A stretch of DNA of 64,000 bases from an uncultured Vicinamibacteraceae bacterium (GCA_964646815.1 CAZYFH010000008.1:8675-72674); one strand, 5' to 3'; counted from the first letter of the stretch, positions 1-10,029 are shown. Numbers and translations: made by a program. Notes: generated by a model not told the origin, from the sequence alone.

Positions 1-2
1 TC

Positions 3-542
3 CCGATCATGGCGCGTGACGCGGTGCGGCGCCGGCTGGCCGAGAACCAACCGCCCGAAGCGCTGCCGGTGCTGACCTACAGCGACGACGTCACGATTCA
101 CCTTAACGGCGAGACGGTGCACATCATCCCGGTGCCAGCGTCTCATACCGACGGCGACAGCATCATCCACTTCATCGATTCCGATGTCATCCACACGGGC
201 GACATGTTCCGGACGGTGGCGTTCCCGGTAATCGACCGCAACAACGGCGGTACGCTTCCGGGCACGGTCGCGGCGCTCGGGGTCCTGGCGGGCATGGCAG
301 GCCCGCGTACGAAGATCCTGCCAGGACACGGCGTGGTGTCGAGCCGCGCGGACGTTATCGAGTTCCGCGACATGGTGATCACCGTGGCCGACCGCGTCAG
401 AGAACTGGTGGAGCAGGGCAAGAGCTACGAGCAGGTGGTCGAGGCCAGGCCGACCCGGGAGTTCGAGACGAAGTGGGGCGACCCGAATCGTTTCTTGACC
501 GCGATCTACGCCGAGCTCGGCGGAGACGCCACAGCCCAATGA
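3..542 (+). CDS. MBL-fold metallo-hydrolase, C-terminal part (5' end lies outside the window)
   Basis: The reading frame is open to the window edge. The region PASHTDGDSIIHF...HTGDMF resembles the distal metal-ligand part of beta-lactamase-fold hydrolases. Confidence 0.6.
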   Translation, partial: PIMARDAVRRRLAENQPPEALPVLTYSDDVTIHLNGETVHIIPVPASHTDGDSIIHFIDSDVIHTGDMFRTVAFPVIDRNNGGTLPGTVAALGVLAGMAGPRTKILPGHGVVSSRADVIEFRDMVITVADRVRELVEQGKSYEQVVEARPTREFETKWGDPNRFLTAIYAELGGDATAQ

Positions 543-717
543 GGCGTGGCGCTCTGGTTACGTCTCGGAACGCGCCATCCTCGGCGTATTGGACCCTCAC
601 GGGCCCTCCGCGGGGGTGTCTTTGCGGCCGGTGGGATAACAGCGCGGCTCGAAGCGCGGGATGGTGGCCGCACGCAGTGTACGAGGCACAGTGCACACAG
701 CTCCCAGGGGAGGCTCG

Positions 718-1809
718 ATGAGTCACCTTTGTCTTCGCGCGTGGCTGACGGTCGCTGGGATGGCATGGGTGGCGCCCGGGGTTGCCGTCGGGCAGCCTCC
801 GGCGCCAAGCAGCGCGGACACGGGCACGCCATGGAGCGTGCCGCGCACACCAGAGGGCCAGCCGGACCTCCAGGGCTACTGGACGACCCAGACCTTCACG
901 CCCCTGGAGCGACCCGAGCACCTCGCCGGTCAGGAGTTTTTCACCGAGGAGGAGGGCGCCGCACTCGAGCGGCAGCTGACTGCAGATGGGGTCGACCCTT
1001 CCGCGGCGCGCGAGCTGCTTCACATCGAGGATTCAGAGGACATCGAGCGGTACAAGTATCAGGACAACCGGACGAGTGAGGAGCGCCATCACATTCACTA
1101 TGACAACGCGATCTGGCTCCGGACACCAGTGCCCAAAGGGCTGTCGAGTCGACGCACATCGCTGATCACGGATCCGCCCGACGGCCGGTTTCCCGCGTTG
1201 ATCCCGGCCGCCGCCGCGCGTCGCGCGGCAGAGGTCGAGGCGAGTCGGCAGCCGAGCGCCTTCGATAGCCACGAGACCCGGCCGTTCTCGGAGCGGTGCA
1301 TCGTTTGGGCACACGAGGGCCCGCCGATCTTGCCGCCGTCCTACAACGACATCCATCAGATCATCCAGACACGGGATCACCTGGTGGTGTTCTCCGAGCT
1401 GGCCGCCAACCCTCCGCGCATCATCCCGCTGGACGGACGCCCGAACATCCCTGAGGCGATCCGGCAGTTCGCCGGCGACTCACGCGGCCGGTGGGAGGGG
1501 GACACACTGGTCGTCGAGACCAGGAACTACTCGGAACGGAGACTTTACCGGGGCGCCAGTGGGTCCCTGCATGTCGTGGAACGCTTCACGCGTATCGGCC
1601 CCGACCGCATCGACTACGAGTTCACCGTCACTGACCCGAACACGTGGGTAAGCCCGTGGAGCGCCGAGGTGCCTATGGTGAAGACGGACGGACCGATGTT
1701 TGAGTACGCCTGCCACGAGGGCAATCACGACATCCGCCACATCCTTGAGATCTATCGGAACCTCGAGACGGACGCGGCCGTCGGCGCCTCACCATCGGGG
1801 TCGAGGTAG
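718..1809 (+). CDS. Secreted protein of unknown function (YEYACHEGN family), paralog of 33345..34313
   Basis: ATG at 718 is preceded by GGGGAGG and followed by a signal-like N-terminus (MSHLCLRAWLTVAGMAWVAPGVAVG). It shares blocks with the 33345 ORF: DLQGYW, RTSLITDPPDGRFP, PLDGR, RGRWEGDTLVVETRN, YEYACHEGN. Confidence 0.6.
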   Translation: MSHLCLRAWLTVAGMAWVAPGVAVGQPPAPSSADTGTPWSVPRTPEGQPDLQGYWTTQTFTPLERPEHLAGQEFFTEEEGAALERQLTADGVDPSAARELLHIEDSEDIERYKYQDNRTSEERHHIHYDNAIWLRTPVPKGLSSRRTSLITDPPDGRFPALIPAAAARRAAEVEASRQPSAFDSHETRPFSERCIVWAHEGPPILPPSYNDIHQIIQTRDHLVVFSELAANPPRIIPLDGRPNIPEAIRQFAGDSRGRWEGDTLVVETRNYSERRLYRGASGSLHVVERFTRIGPDRIDYEFTVTDPNTWVSPWSAEVPMVKTDGPMFEYACHEGNHDIRHILEIYRNLETDAAVGASPSGSR

Positions 1810-1875
1810 CAATGCAACTGTCCGTCCTGCAGGGCTCACGGCACATGCAGGTCGTCGGTTGACGGCGGTGGAGGC

Positions 1876-2799
1876 GTGCGTTTCCCGATGAGCAGGCGGC
1901 ACACGACGGCGAGGCACCGGGCACTCGTGCTGGTCGCGGTGACAGTCATGCTGCCGGCGATCGAGGGGAGTCTGGTTGCGCAGCCAGCCTCCGAGCGGCG
2001 AGTCGCCAATCCCGGCGAGACCCAGTTCGACGTGCAGCTGCTGCGGTCCTCCGGAGGTCCCGTCATTCCGATTTTCGAAGGGTGGTATCAGAATCCCGAC
2101 GGGACCTACGAGCTGTCGTTTGGCTACTTCAATGTGAATACCGAAGAAGCGCTCGAGGCGCCGCTCGGTCCCGATAACTTTATCGAGCCCGCGGAGTTCG
2201 ACGGTCGTCAGCCGACCTACTTCGATCCCGTGCCGGAAGGAGATCGCCGACACTGGGGCGTGTTCACCGTGACCGTGCCATCGGATTTCGGCAAGCAAGA
2301 TTTGGTGTGGACGGTGCGCACGAGTGGGCAAACGCTGTCGGTTCCAGGGCGACTGACGCGCGCTCCGTATCAGCTGGCGGGGTGGGAGTTCCCAGGGCGC
2401 GCGAGCATGGCCCCCCTGCTGAGATGGGATCCCACCGGACCGGTGGGTCGGGGTCCCGCTGGCGTGACGGGCGTGCCGCGGCATGCCGTCGTGGGGGTCC
2501 CCCGCCGGCTGAGGGCCTGGACTACGCGGGACCCAGCTGCCCGCGATGACGAGCGTCCCATCAACGTGAAGTGGTTCAAGCATCAAGGGCCCGGCACCGT
2601 TACGTTCGCCCAGCGATCCCACCGCATCGAGCCGGAGGCATGGGCGGAGTCCAACAGCTGGACCGATGTGGCGACGGAGGTGACGTTCTCCGACCCGGGT
2701 GAGCACGTCCTGCGTGCGCTCGCGTTCAACACGACGCGTGAGTTCGAGTTCCAGTGTTGCTGGACCAACGGGTTCGTGCACGTGACCGTTTCGCCGTGA
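1876..2799 (+). CDS. Hypothetical secreted protein (C-terminal FQCCWTNGFV motif)
   Basis: 307-aa ORF with a hydrophobic N-terminus, lying 66 nt after the previous gene and 17 nt before the next on the same strand. No family recognised. Confidence 0.5.
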   Translation: MRFPMSRRHTTARHRALVLVAVTVMLPAIEGSLVAQPASERRVANPGETQFDVQLLRSSGGPVIPIFEGWYQNPDGTYELSFGYFNVNTEEALEAPLGPDNFIEPAEFDGRQPTYFDPVPEGDRRHWGVFTVTVPSDFGKQDLVWTVRTSGQTLSVPGRLTRAPYQLAGWEFPGRASMAPLLRWDPTGPVGRGPAGVTGVPRHAVVGVPRRLRAWTTRDPAARDDERPINVKWFKHQGPGTVTFAQRSHRIEPEAWAESNSWTDVATEVTFSDPGEHVLRALAFNTTREFEFQCCWTNGFVHVTVSP

Positions 2800-2816
2800 T
2801 CACAAGGAAGAGCACC

Positions 2817-4238
2817 ATGAAGATATCGATGACCTCCCGTCCCGCCCAACGTCGTTGGACAACATCTATCCTGGGCGCGGTTGTGATCGTTGGCGTCGTG
2901 GGCCATGCCGCCGCAGCGGTCAGGCGGGGCGCCGCGCCGGAGGCGGAGGCGGAGGACAGGACGCCCATGTTTAGTCGGGACATCGCGCCCATCCTTCAGC
3001 GGTCGTGTCAGCACTGCCATCAGCCGGCCGGGATCGGGCCGATGTCGCTCCTCACCTACCGCGAGGTGCGGCCATGGGCGCGCAGCATCAAGGACCGGGT
3101 CGCGCGCCGTCTCATGCCCCCATGGCACCTCGACACGTCGGTGGGTATCCAGGACTTCAAGAACGACATCTCGTTGACGTCGGAGGAGATCGAGACGGTG
3201 ACCCGGTGGGTGGACGCGGGTGCGCCAGAAGGCGACCCGGCCGATCTTCCGCCACCGCTCGAATGGCCACCGGCCGACGAATGGGAACTCGAGCGGATGC
3301 TCGGTCGGCCGCCCGACTTCATCGTCAGCTCGACGCCCTACACGGTCATGGCGAATGGCCAGGACCAGTGGTGGGAGCCGACCGTGGAGTTCGAGGGGTT
3401 CGATGAAGACCGCTGGATTCGAGCCGCCGAGTTCAAGCCGTCGTACCCGCTCGGTATCCGGGTGACGCATCACGGTCACGCTTCGGTGCGCTGGGACGAC
3501 CCCGAGCAGGAGAGCACAGAGGAGCGACCGCGGTCGGTGCGACTGGTCGGCATGGGTATCGGCAAGCGATGGGATCTCCTTCCCGAGGGCGTCGGAAAGC
3601 TCCTGCCGGCAGGCCAGGCCAAGGTGCGCTACAACCTGCACTACTTCCCTGTCGGCGAAGAAGCGAGCGACGTCGTCGCCGAGGTGGGTGTGTGGCTCTA
3701 TCCGAAGGGCGAGGCGCCGACGAAGGTCACGGCGGGCGAACAGCAGTTCTACGTGGATGGCACCCATCGCACCCGGTTGCGGGCCAGCGACCTCATTATT
3801 CCGCCTCATGGGTATCTGATACTTGAGGATCAATACGTGATGGAGACGCCGGCGCTGATCCAGAGCTTCCGGCCGCACATGCATATGCGCGGCGTGGCGA
3901 TGTCGATGGAGGCGCTCTATCCGGACGGTCGCCGGGAGCTGCTGAGCAGCGTCAATCGATACGATCACAAATGGCAGATCGCTTACGTCTACGACGACGA
4001 TGCCCAACCGCTCCTGCCACGCGGGACGGTCCTGTTCCTACGCTCGCGCTATGACAACACGGCGAGCAACCGGATCAATCCAGACCCCGATCAATGGGTG
4101 GTGTTCGGGGCTCGTGGCGTCGATGAGATGTCCCACGCCTGGATCGGGATCACCTATCTCGAGGACCCCGAGTTCGAGAGTCTCTCCGCCGCGCGTGCCG
4201 TAAGTCGTCCGGCCGATGAGGATGAGAAGGACCGATGA
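2817..4238 (+). CDS. Heme-c binding domain fused to a PHM/DBH-like copper type II monooxygenase fold
   Basis: ATG at 2817 follows AAGGAAG, with an N-terminal TM/signal segment. CQHCH (CxxCH) sits within ...PMSLLTYREVRPWARSIKDRVARRLMPPW. Later motifs THHGH, HMHMRG, YDHKWQ and VDEMSHAW resemble the CuH/CuM ligand blocks of Cu2 monooxygenase N/C domains. Confidence 0.55.
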   Translation: MKISMTSRPAQRRWTTSILGAVVIVGVVGHAAAAVRRGAAPEAEAEDRTPMFSRDIAPILQRSCQHCHQPAGIGPMSLLTYREVRPWARSIKDRVARRLMPPWHLDTSVGIQDFKNDISLTSEEIETVTRWVDAGAPEGDPADLPPPLEWPPADEWELERMLGRPPDFIVSSTPYTVMANGQDQWWEPTVEFEGFDEDRWIRAAEFKPSYPLGIRVTHHGHASVRWDDPEQESTEERPRSVRLVGMGIGKRWDLLPEGVGKLLPAGQAKVRYNLHYFPVGEEASDVVAEVGVWLYPKGEAPTKVTAGEQQFYVDGTHRTRLRASDLIIPPHGYLILEDQYVMETPALIQSFRPHMHMRGVAMSMEALYPDGRRELLSSVNRYDHKWQIAYVYDDDAQPLLPRGTVLFLRSRYDNTASNRINPDPDQWVVFGARGVDEMSHAWIGITYLEDPEFESLSAARAVSRPADEDEKDR

Positions 4239-4331
4239 CCGGACAACGCGCGGTCCCGTCGTCGTGACTGACCGTTCACCGAGTCGATCTCGGCAGCGGC
4301 CAAGCGCTGAGAGATTCGTCTCCCGGGCCGC

Positions 4332-6473
4332 TCAGCGGGTCGCGCCCGCCGGCAAACGCAGCGCCACCAGCGCGCCTGGTTGCCCGCGCCGCGCGCTGCC
4401 CGCTTGCAACAGGATGTACTGCGTGCCTTCGTGCTGGTAGGTCAGCATGCCGTATTGGCCGGGGATCGGGATTTCAACGCTCGCCACGATCTGCCCAGAC
4501 CGCTTGTCGCGTGCCCGGAGCAGCGGTAATCCGTTGTCGCTAAGTTCAGCCTCGCCACGCAGGTCCTCGGTGGTCTGCACCAGTAGGTCGCCCATGACCA
4601 TCTGGATGGAGCGCCCGGTGCCTCCCAGGTTAGGGATGTCCACGCCCGCCAGACGAGGGTGGTTCCGGATGCGCTCGGGCGTCTCGCCGATCGGCCGGTC
4701 CCAGAGCCGCTCGCCGCTGTTCATGTCGTAGGCAGCCAGCGCTTGAAAGAGGGGCCGGTACACTGGGAGGCCGTCGATCTGCGCCGGGAACTCCGCCGGG
4801 CCGCCGGGCGCCCAGGCGGCCACGGTCGCCCCCGTCGTGGGCGTATGCCGCTCCCGACCCCGCCAGGCCTCTGCCGACCGCCCCGGCAACCCGCGCTCGA
4901 CGTCCACGCCATTGGTGGGCACCATGAAGCGCGGTGCGCTGCAGACCCGGTTGTGCGGTGCGTACATGATGCCCGTGGTCGGATCGGCGACCGGCGGGTG
5001 GTAAATGTTGAGCCCGCCCATGCAGCCAATCACGTTGCGATAGCTGTGGTCGTGCGGGTAGGGCAATGGCGGCACGTAGAGGCCCCCGACTCTGAACTCG
5101 CTTAGGGTCTCAAGCGCCTCGCGCTTCAGCTCGGGGGTGAAGTCGATGACGAACTCGTCGGTCAGCCCGTCCACAACGATCGGGTCCAGCGGCGCGGGCC
5201 GCGTGGGGTACGGCTGGGTGGGGGCCGTGTAGTTGCCGGGAACTTCGGTCTGCATCACCGGCCGTTCCGCGATGGGCCAGATCGGCTCGCCGGTGGCCCG
5301 GTTGAAGGCGAACACCAGCCCTTGCTTCGTGTTCTGGATCAGCGCGGGGATGCGCTCGCCATCGACTGTGAGGTCCATCAGGATGGGCGCCGTCGGTAGG
5401 TCGTAGTTCCACTGGTCGCTGTGATGGATCTGGAAGTGCCACCGCCGCTCACCGGTCGCGACGTCCAGCGCCAGCACGCTCCCGCCGAAGAGGTTGTGGC
5501 CGGGCCGATGGCCCGTGTAGGACTGGACCGTCGAGGCGTTCGTCACCAGGTAGACGAGTCCCAGCGCCGGGTCGGCCGACGCGGGTGCCCAGGTCGACAT
5601 GTCGCCCGACCAGCGCCAGGCGTCGTTCTCCCACGTCTCGTGGCCGAACTCGCCTGGGCGGGGAATGACGTGGAACTTCCAGAGTGGCGCGCCCGTACGA
5701 GCGTCATAGCCCATGATGTCGCCCGGGACGTTCTCGATGCGGGTCTGGTCGTAGCTGGGCTCGTGGCCCACGAGCACCACCACCACCCCGTTCACCACGA
5801 TGGGCGGGGAGGACGCTGTGACCATGCCGAGGTGCCTCGGAATGCCGTGGTCCGGGTCGTAGGGTCCATCCCAGGCCAGCCACGGATCCCAGTCGCGCAC
5901 CAGATTCGGAATGAGATCGACACCCCCGGTGCGTGAGAAAGGTTCGAGCGGCACCGGCGTGCCCCAGTTCTCGAGCGGACGTCCCGTCTCGGCGTCCAGC
6001 GCCCAGAGGAAAAAGGCGGGCGTCGTCACGTAGACCACGCCTCGGCCGTCGACCTCCGCGTAGGCGACGCCCTTGCCGAAGTCGGTGCGCGGCGAGCGTA
6101 AGTAGCGCATCGTCTCCGGCTCGCGGAAGGTCCAGAGCGTCTCGCCGGTGGCCGCGTCGATCGCCACGACCTGTCGCCGCTGTCCGGTGACCGTGTACAG
6201 CACGCCATCGGCGAACACTGGTGTGGCCCGCACGGTGTACTCGATACTCGGTCCGAAATTATCCGCCCGCCAGACCCACGCCACCTCGAGATCAGCGAAG
6301 TTGGAGGCGTCGATCTGAGTCAGCCACGGATTGGATCGGGTGTGTCCAGCGTCGCCCCCCAGGTACCGCCACTGGCCGTTTTCGACTCCAGGGAGCTGCG
6401 CGGCGCTGTCGGACGTCACGCCCAGCAGGAACGCGAAGGTGAGGACGCCAGCACCATATCGAAATCGCGTCAT
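4332..6473 (-). CDS. PQQ-dependent dehydrogenase (quinoprotein beta-propeller), secreted
   Basis: Large ORF. ATG at 6473 is preceded by GAGAGGAA and followed by a signal peptide (MTRFRYGAGVLTFAFLLG). It has repeated W-containing propeller motifs and is a paralog of 17561..19609 (GQWRYLGGDAGHTR...NFADLEVAWVWR versus GEWRSHGGDLGGTK...NFSDLEVAWHWQ). Confidence 0.75.
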   Translation of the reverse strand: MTRFRYGAGVLTFAFLLGVTSDSAAQLPGVENGQWRYLGGDAGHTRSNPWLTQIDASNFADLEVAWVWRADNFGPSIEYTVRATPVFADGVLYTVTGQRRQVVAIDAATGETLWTFREPETMRYLRSPRTDFGKGVAYAEVDGRGVVYVTTPAFFLWALDAETGRPLENWGTPVPLEPFSRTGGVDLIPNLVRDWDPWLAWDGPYDPDHGIPRHLGMVTASSPPIVVNGVVVVLVGHEPSYDQTRIENVPGDIMGYDARTGAPLWKFHVIPRPGEFGHETWENDAWRWSGDMSTWAPASADPALGLVYLVTNASTVQSYTGHRPGHNLFGGSVLALDVATGERRWHFQIHHSDQWNYDLPTAPILMDLTVDGERIPALIQNTKQGLVFAFNRATGEPIWPIAERPVMQTEVPGNYTAPTQPYPTRPAPLDPIVVDGLTDEFVIDFTPELKREALETLSEFRVGGLYVPPLPYPHDHSYRNVIGCMGGLNIYHPPVADPTTGIMYAPHNRVCSAPRFMVPTNGVDVERGLPGRSAEAWRGRERHTPTTGATVAAWAPGGPAEFPAQIDGLPVYRPLFQALAAYDMNSGERLWDRPIGETPERIRNHPRLAGVDIPNLGGTGRSIQMVMGDLLVQTTEDLRGEAELSDNGLPLLRARDKRSGQIVASVEIPIPGQYGMLTYQHEGTQYILLQAGSARRGQPGALVALRLPAGATR

Positions 6474-6656
6474 CAGGGTTCCTCTCGGCGGGCCAGTTCG
6501 TTTCAACGCGTAGCGCCACGGCCTTCTGTTCGGGCCGGCGGCGGCGACGTCGGCGGCCTGGGCCGTGGGTCGGAGAACGAACCTTACGTTAACCGAAGGG
6601 TACCCGTCTAATACGTCCTATGGACCACTGCCAGTCGTCGGCGAACGGTCGATCCA

Positions 6657-8162
6657 CTACTCGCCGTTGACGATTTGCAAGAAGTCAAAGTGTGAGCCGA
6701 CCAGCCCGTGGATGCCTACGTGACGCGTGACGTGAAGGCCGAGTTGCTCGATGTTCTGGGCCAGGCTGCGCATGCTCGCGGTCACGGCAGGCGGATCCGC
6801 GCCACTGGCGGGCGGCGAGTACAGGTCCGCATTGATCAGAATCCGCTCCGCGGGGAGGTGCACGATCAACATCGTGCCGGCGTGTCCCAGACGTAAAACG
6901 GGGTAGACATTCATGGTCCGCTCGCCGTCCGTGAGCGTGTACTCCTCGCCAACGAGCTCGAAGGTAGGGATGCGGTTTGACGCAAACCACGGCATCCGCC
7001 CCGATAAGATATCTGGTTCCAGCATGCGCGTGCCGGGATGGAAGAAGACGTTATTGTAGAAGGCGTGGTTTGCCTCGTGCGTGATGACGGTCGCGCTCTG
7101 TGCGACGTAGGTGCGGAGACCGCCGGCGTGATCGAAGTGATGGTGTGTGTTGACGACGTACCGAATCGGCTTGTCCGGGATTCGGCGGCGCAACTCCTCG
7201 ATGACGGCCAGCGAGCGCGCCTCGCTCTGTGGTGCCTCCACGACTGCCACGAAGTCTGAAAATTCGACCGCGACACTATGATGGGTCCCGCCGGTGACGA
7301 ACCATACGCCGTCGGCCATCTGGGTCGACCGGGCGACGAGGGACGGCCGCGCGGCGTCTCGCACGACGTCCGGCAGCGTCGGCGGCTCGGGGTCGATGTT
7401 GGGACGCGCGCTCGTCACGCGAATTTCCATCCAGTTGTGTCCGGGGTGAATCCGCGGATCGCCCTGGTGCGAGTGGAGGACCGTCGGGAACATCACTCCA
7501 TCGAATGCCTGGTAGTCCGTATAGCGATGGTCGTAAATCATGTCGCCGAACACGGGGTTTGGCACCCACGTTTGAACGCGTTCCACGAGATGGTCTTCGT
7601 TGATCGTGCCGTTGACCCGGTATCGGTCCATCGCGGTGAACGACACGATGGTCAGATCGCGACCCTCCAGGGTCAACGCCGTCGCTGTGGCGTCGTCCGC
7701 GGCGCCCGCAGCCTTCAGAAACCCGTGCGGCGACATCCAGATGTCGAGCTGCCGGACCGAGGCGGCTGCGGGTTGTGGCACCGGCGTGGAACCGAACACC
7801 GTCCAGCTATGCTCGCCGCTGGTCACGACGACGCGCGGTTGCTCGCCTAGGATGGGCGCGCCCCCGCCCCTCGGGGGATAGTTGCCCTGACGCCGCGTAT
7901 AGGCCTCCGTCGAGGAGCCAGTGTCGTAATCGATCGTGCGCGTATACTCGGTGATCTCGAACCTCGGCCAGTCGTCGGCGGGCGTGTGGCTCTGGCCGAC
8001 GTTCGCCGTCCAACCGGTGCCGGAGTACTCGATCGACGTCACGGTGTCCAGGTCGCCCATCGCCGTGGCGGCCGCGTCCAACACCCCGTCGACGTCCTGA
8101 GCCGCGGCAGAGGTGGCGATCAGTACGCCGAACGCGGCGACAACGAAAAGTCTCCAAACCAT
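6657..8162 (-). CDS. MBL-fold metallo-hydrolase with N-terminal extra domain, secreted
   Basis: Contains the HHHFDHAGG (HxHxDH) motif. The internal Met at 8162 starts a clear signal peptide (MVWRLFVVAAFGVLIATSAAAQD). Confidence 0.7.
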   Translation of the reverse strand: MVWRLFVVAAFGVLIATSAAAQDVDGVLDAAATAMGDLDTVTSIEYSGTGWTANVGQSHTPADDWPRFEITEYTRTIDYDTGSSTEAYTRRQGNYPPRGGGAPILGEQPRVVVTSGEHSWTVFGSTPVPQPAAASVRQLDIWMSPHGFLKAAGAADDATATALTLEGRDLTIVSFTAMDRYRVNGTINEDHLVERVQTWVPNPVFGDMIYDHRYTDYQAFDGVMFPTVLHSHQGDPRIHPGHNWMEIRVTSARPNIDPEPPTLPDVVRDAARPSLVARSTQMADGVWFVTGGTHHSVAVEFSDFVAVVEAPQSEARSLAVIEELRRRIPDKPIRYVVNTHHHFDHAGGLRTYVAQSATVITHEANHAFYNNVFFHPGTRMLEPDILSGRMPWFASNRIPTFELVGEEYTLTDGERTMNVYPVLRLGHAGTMLIVHLPAERILINADLYSPPASGADPPAVTASMRSLAQNIEQLGLHVTRHVGIHGLVGSHFDFLQIVNGE

Positions 8163-8558
8163 GTCTTCCCCCCCACGTTGTGTCAAAAGGGAATCATAGC
8201 TCGGGCGGCCGGCGACCACACGCCCTCCGGCACGCCGGGTTGGCATGGACACTTGGGAACGGCCGGGGTAGTTCGAGAATTGCACGATTTCGGGTCGTTG
8301 CGACAGGCCGAACCGATCTCTCCAAACCTCTCGTCAATCGAGCCTTCGTCGCCACACTGCCGAACTAGCCGTGTGGCGCGGTTCTGAGCTACGTGGCGAC
8401 CTGGCGGCGGAGGCAACCGCGAGGGACGGGGGGTGGCCAAGGGGAACCGCCCAGGCGTACCGTGCTCCCGACGCAGTGCCGGCTTCCGCACGCTCAACGC
8501 GCTCGGGCGGGTTCGTCGCGCGTCGTATGATGGCCAGCTCTCCGAGAGGAGAGGTGTC

Positions 8559-8969
8559 ATGCATTGTGCGTGGATGGTCGTCGGTCTGATCCTGTTTGCG
8601 CTCCCCATCACCGCAACGTTCCAGGATGCCATCGCGAGAGCCAGAAGTGACGGGCTCGCGTCGATTTTCGCCGAGGCTACGGTCATGGACTGGGACCTGA
8701 ACGTGATCAGCCAGGGGAGTGACGACTGGACATGTCTGTCGGATCGACCGAATATTCCCGGCAACGACCCCTGGTGTGTGACCGTCGTCTGGCTCGACTT
8801 TCTCAAGGCCTACGTCAACCAGACGGAACCGACGTACTCGACCTTCGGTTTCGCGTACATGTTGCAGGGCGACACCCCGGTGAGCAACACTGAACGGCCG
8901 ACGGGGTGTCCCGTCCTGGCCCGGGACCCCGGGCTCCTGGGCGACCGCGTGAATCGCAGCGTAGAATGA
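8559..8969 (+). CDS. Hypothetical small secreted protein
   Basis: ATG at 8559 is preceded by GAGAGGAGAGG and followed by a signal-like MHCAWMVVGLILFALPITA. No family recognised. Confidence 0.4.
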   Translation: MHCAWMVVGLILFALPITATFQDAIARARSDGLASIFAEATVMDWDLNVISQGSDDWTCLSDRPNIPGNDPWCVTVVWLDFLKAYVNQTEPTYSTFGFAYMLQGDTPVSNTERPTGCPVLARDPGLLGDRVNRSVE

Positions 8970-9002
8970 GTCGCGGCGTTTGACCACCCGATAGACCAAT
9001 TG

Positions 9003-9135
9003 ATGGCCGTCCAGGTCGGTTCGCGGCTGGGGTATTACAACGTCACCGCCCTCATCGGCGAGGGCCGTTGGGAAAGGTGTGGGAAGCTTTCGGTACCAAG
9101 CTCAACCAAGTGGCGCTCAAGCTCCTACCCCCTTA
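9003..9135 (+). pseudogene. Ser/Thr protein kinase N-terminal stub (frameshifted, truncated after subdomain II)
   Basis: MAVQVGSRLGYYNVTALIGEG in one frame continues in another frame as MGKVWEAFGTKLNQVALKLLPP. This reconstitutes the G-loop (GxGxxG) and VAxK lysine motif of Hanks kinases. Nothing kinase-like follows. Confidence 0.45.
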
Positions 9136-9306
9136 TGTGTGCCGACTTTGGAGGCAGGGGGTCTTCGACGAGGGGCTGGCTCACCGGATTGAGGCGGGTG
9201 CCAACATGTTCCTGATGCGTGCAGCGGAGAGTTCCTGCGTTAAACTGATGGACCATTTCCAGGGGCGACCGATGCGGGAACATCGCCTGGAGCAAGGAGA
9301 ATCGAT

Positions 9307-9972
9307 ATGAAGAGAGTTCAAAGCGCTATTGTTCTGGCCGCGCTCGTCGCGCTGGCTTCATCTGTGTATACGCAACAGGCTCCCATGAGCTTTTTCGTAA
9401 CCAGCACAGGACCGGGTGACGGCGCCAACCTCGGCGGACTCGAAGGTGCGGACGCCCACTGTCAGATGCTCGCGGCCGGTGTCGGTCGTGGCAGCGCCAC
9501 CTGGCGCGCCTACCTCAGTCAAGCTTCGGGTTTTCGGGGTCCGGCTGCGATTAACGCCCGCGATCGCATCGGAACCGGCCCGTGGTACAACGCAAATGGG
9601 GCGATGATTGCGGCGAACGTCACAGATCTTCACGGAGATGTCCAGCGCGACCGAAACAACATCCGCAAGCCCACCGCGCTGGACGAAAACGGGGAAGAGG
9701 TCAAGGGAGTCGGGGACCAGCCCAACGAACACGATGTTCTGACCGGCTCGGACTCCCACGGCCGGGTCGTTGGACCCGTTGGCACGGCCGCGGCGACCAC
9801 CTGTGACAACTGGACCAGTAACGGTGACGGTGCGGCTATCGTTGGCCACCACGACCGTCTTGGTGGTCCCAACGCATCGTGGAATTCGGCGCATTCCAGT
9901 TTCGGCTGCAGCCAGGAGAATCTGGTGGCGACCGGCGGTGCCGGACTCTTTTACTGCTTCGCGAGCAACTGA
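9307..9972 (+). CDS. Secreted endostatin/DUF1554-like (C-type-lectin-fold-like) protein
   Basis: Signal peptide MKRVQSAIVLAALVALASSVYTQQ. The blocks FFVTS...GGLEGADAHCQMLAAGVG...WRAYLS and ...TGSDSHGR...TCDNWTS...GCSQENL...FYCFA parallel the collagen XVIII endostatin pattern (GGMRGIRGADFQCFQQA...FRAFLSS...HGSDPNGRR...YCETW...C). GC appears locally lower than the neighbours. Confidence 0.5.
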   Translation: MKRVQSAIVLAALVALASSVYTQQAPMSFFVTSTGPGDGANLGGLEGADAHCQMLAAGVGRGSATWRAYLSQASGFRGPAAINARDRIGTGPWYNANGAMIAANVTDLHGDVQRDRNNIRKPTALDENGEEVKGVGDQPNEHDVLTGSDSHGRVVGPVGTAAATTCDNWTSNGDGAAIVGHHDRLGGPNASWNSAHSSFGCSQENLVATGGAGLFYCFASN

Positions 9973-10029
9973 TGTGATTCCGGGAGGTTCGCGACACCGG
10001 CATGTGTTCCACGGGAGCGGTCGAGTGGC

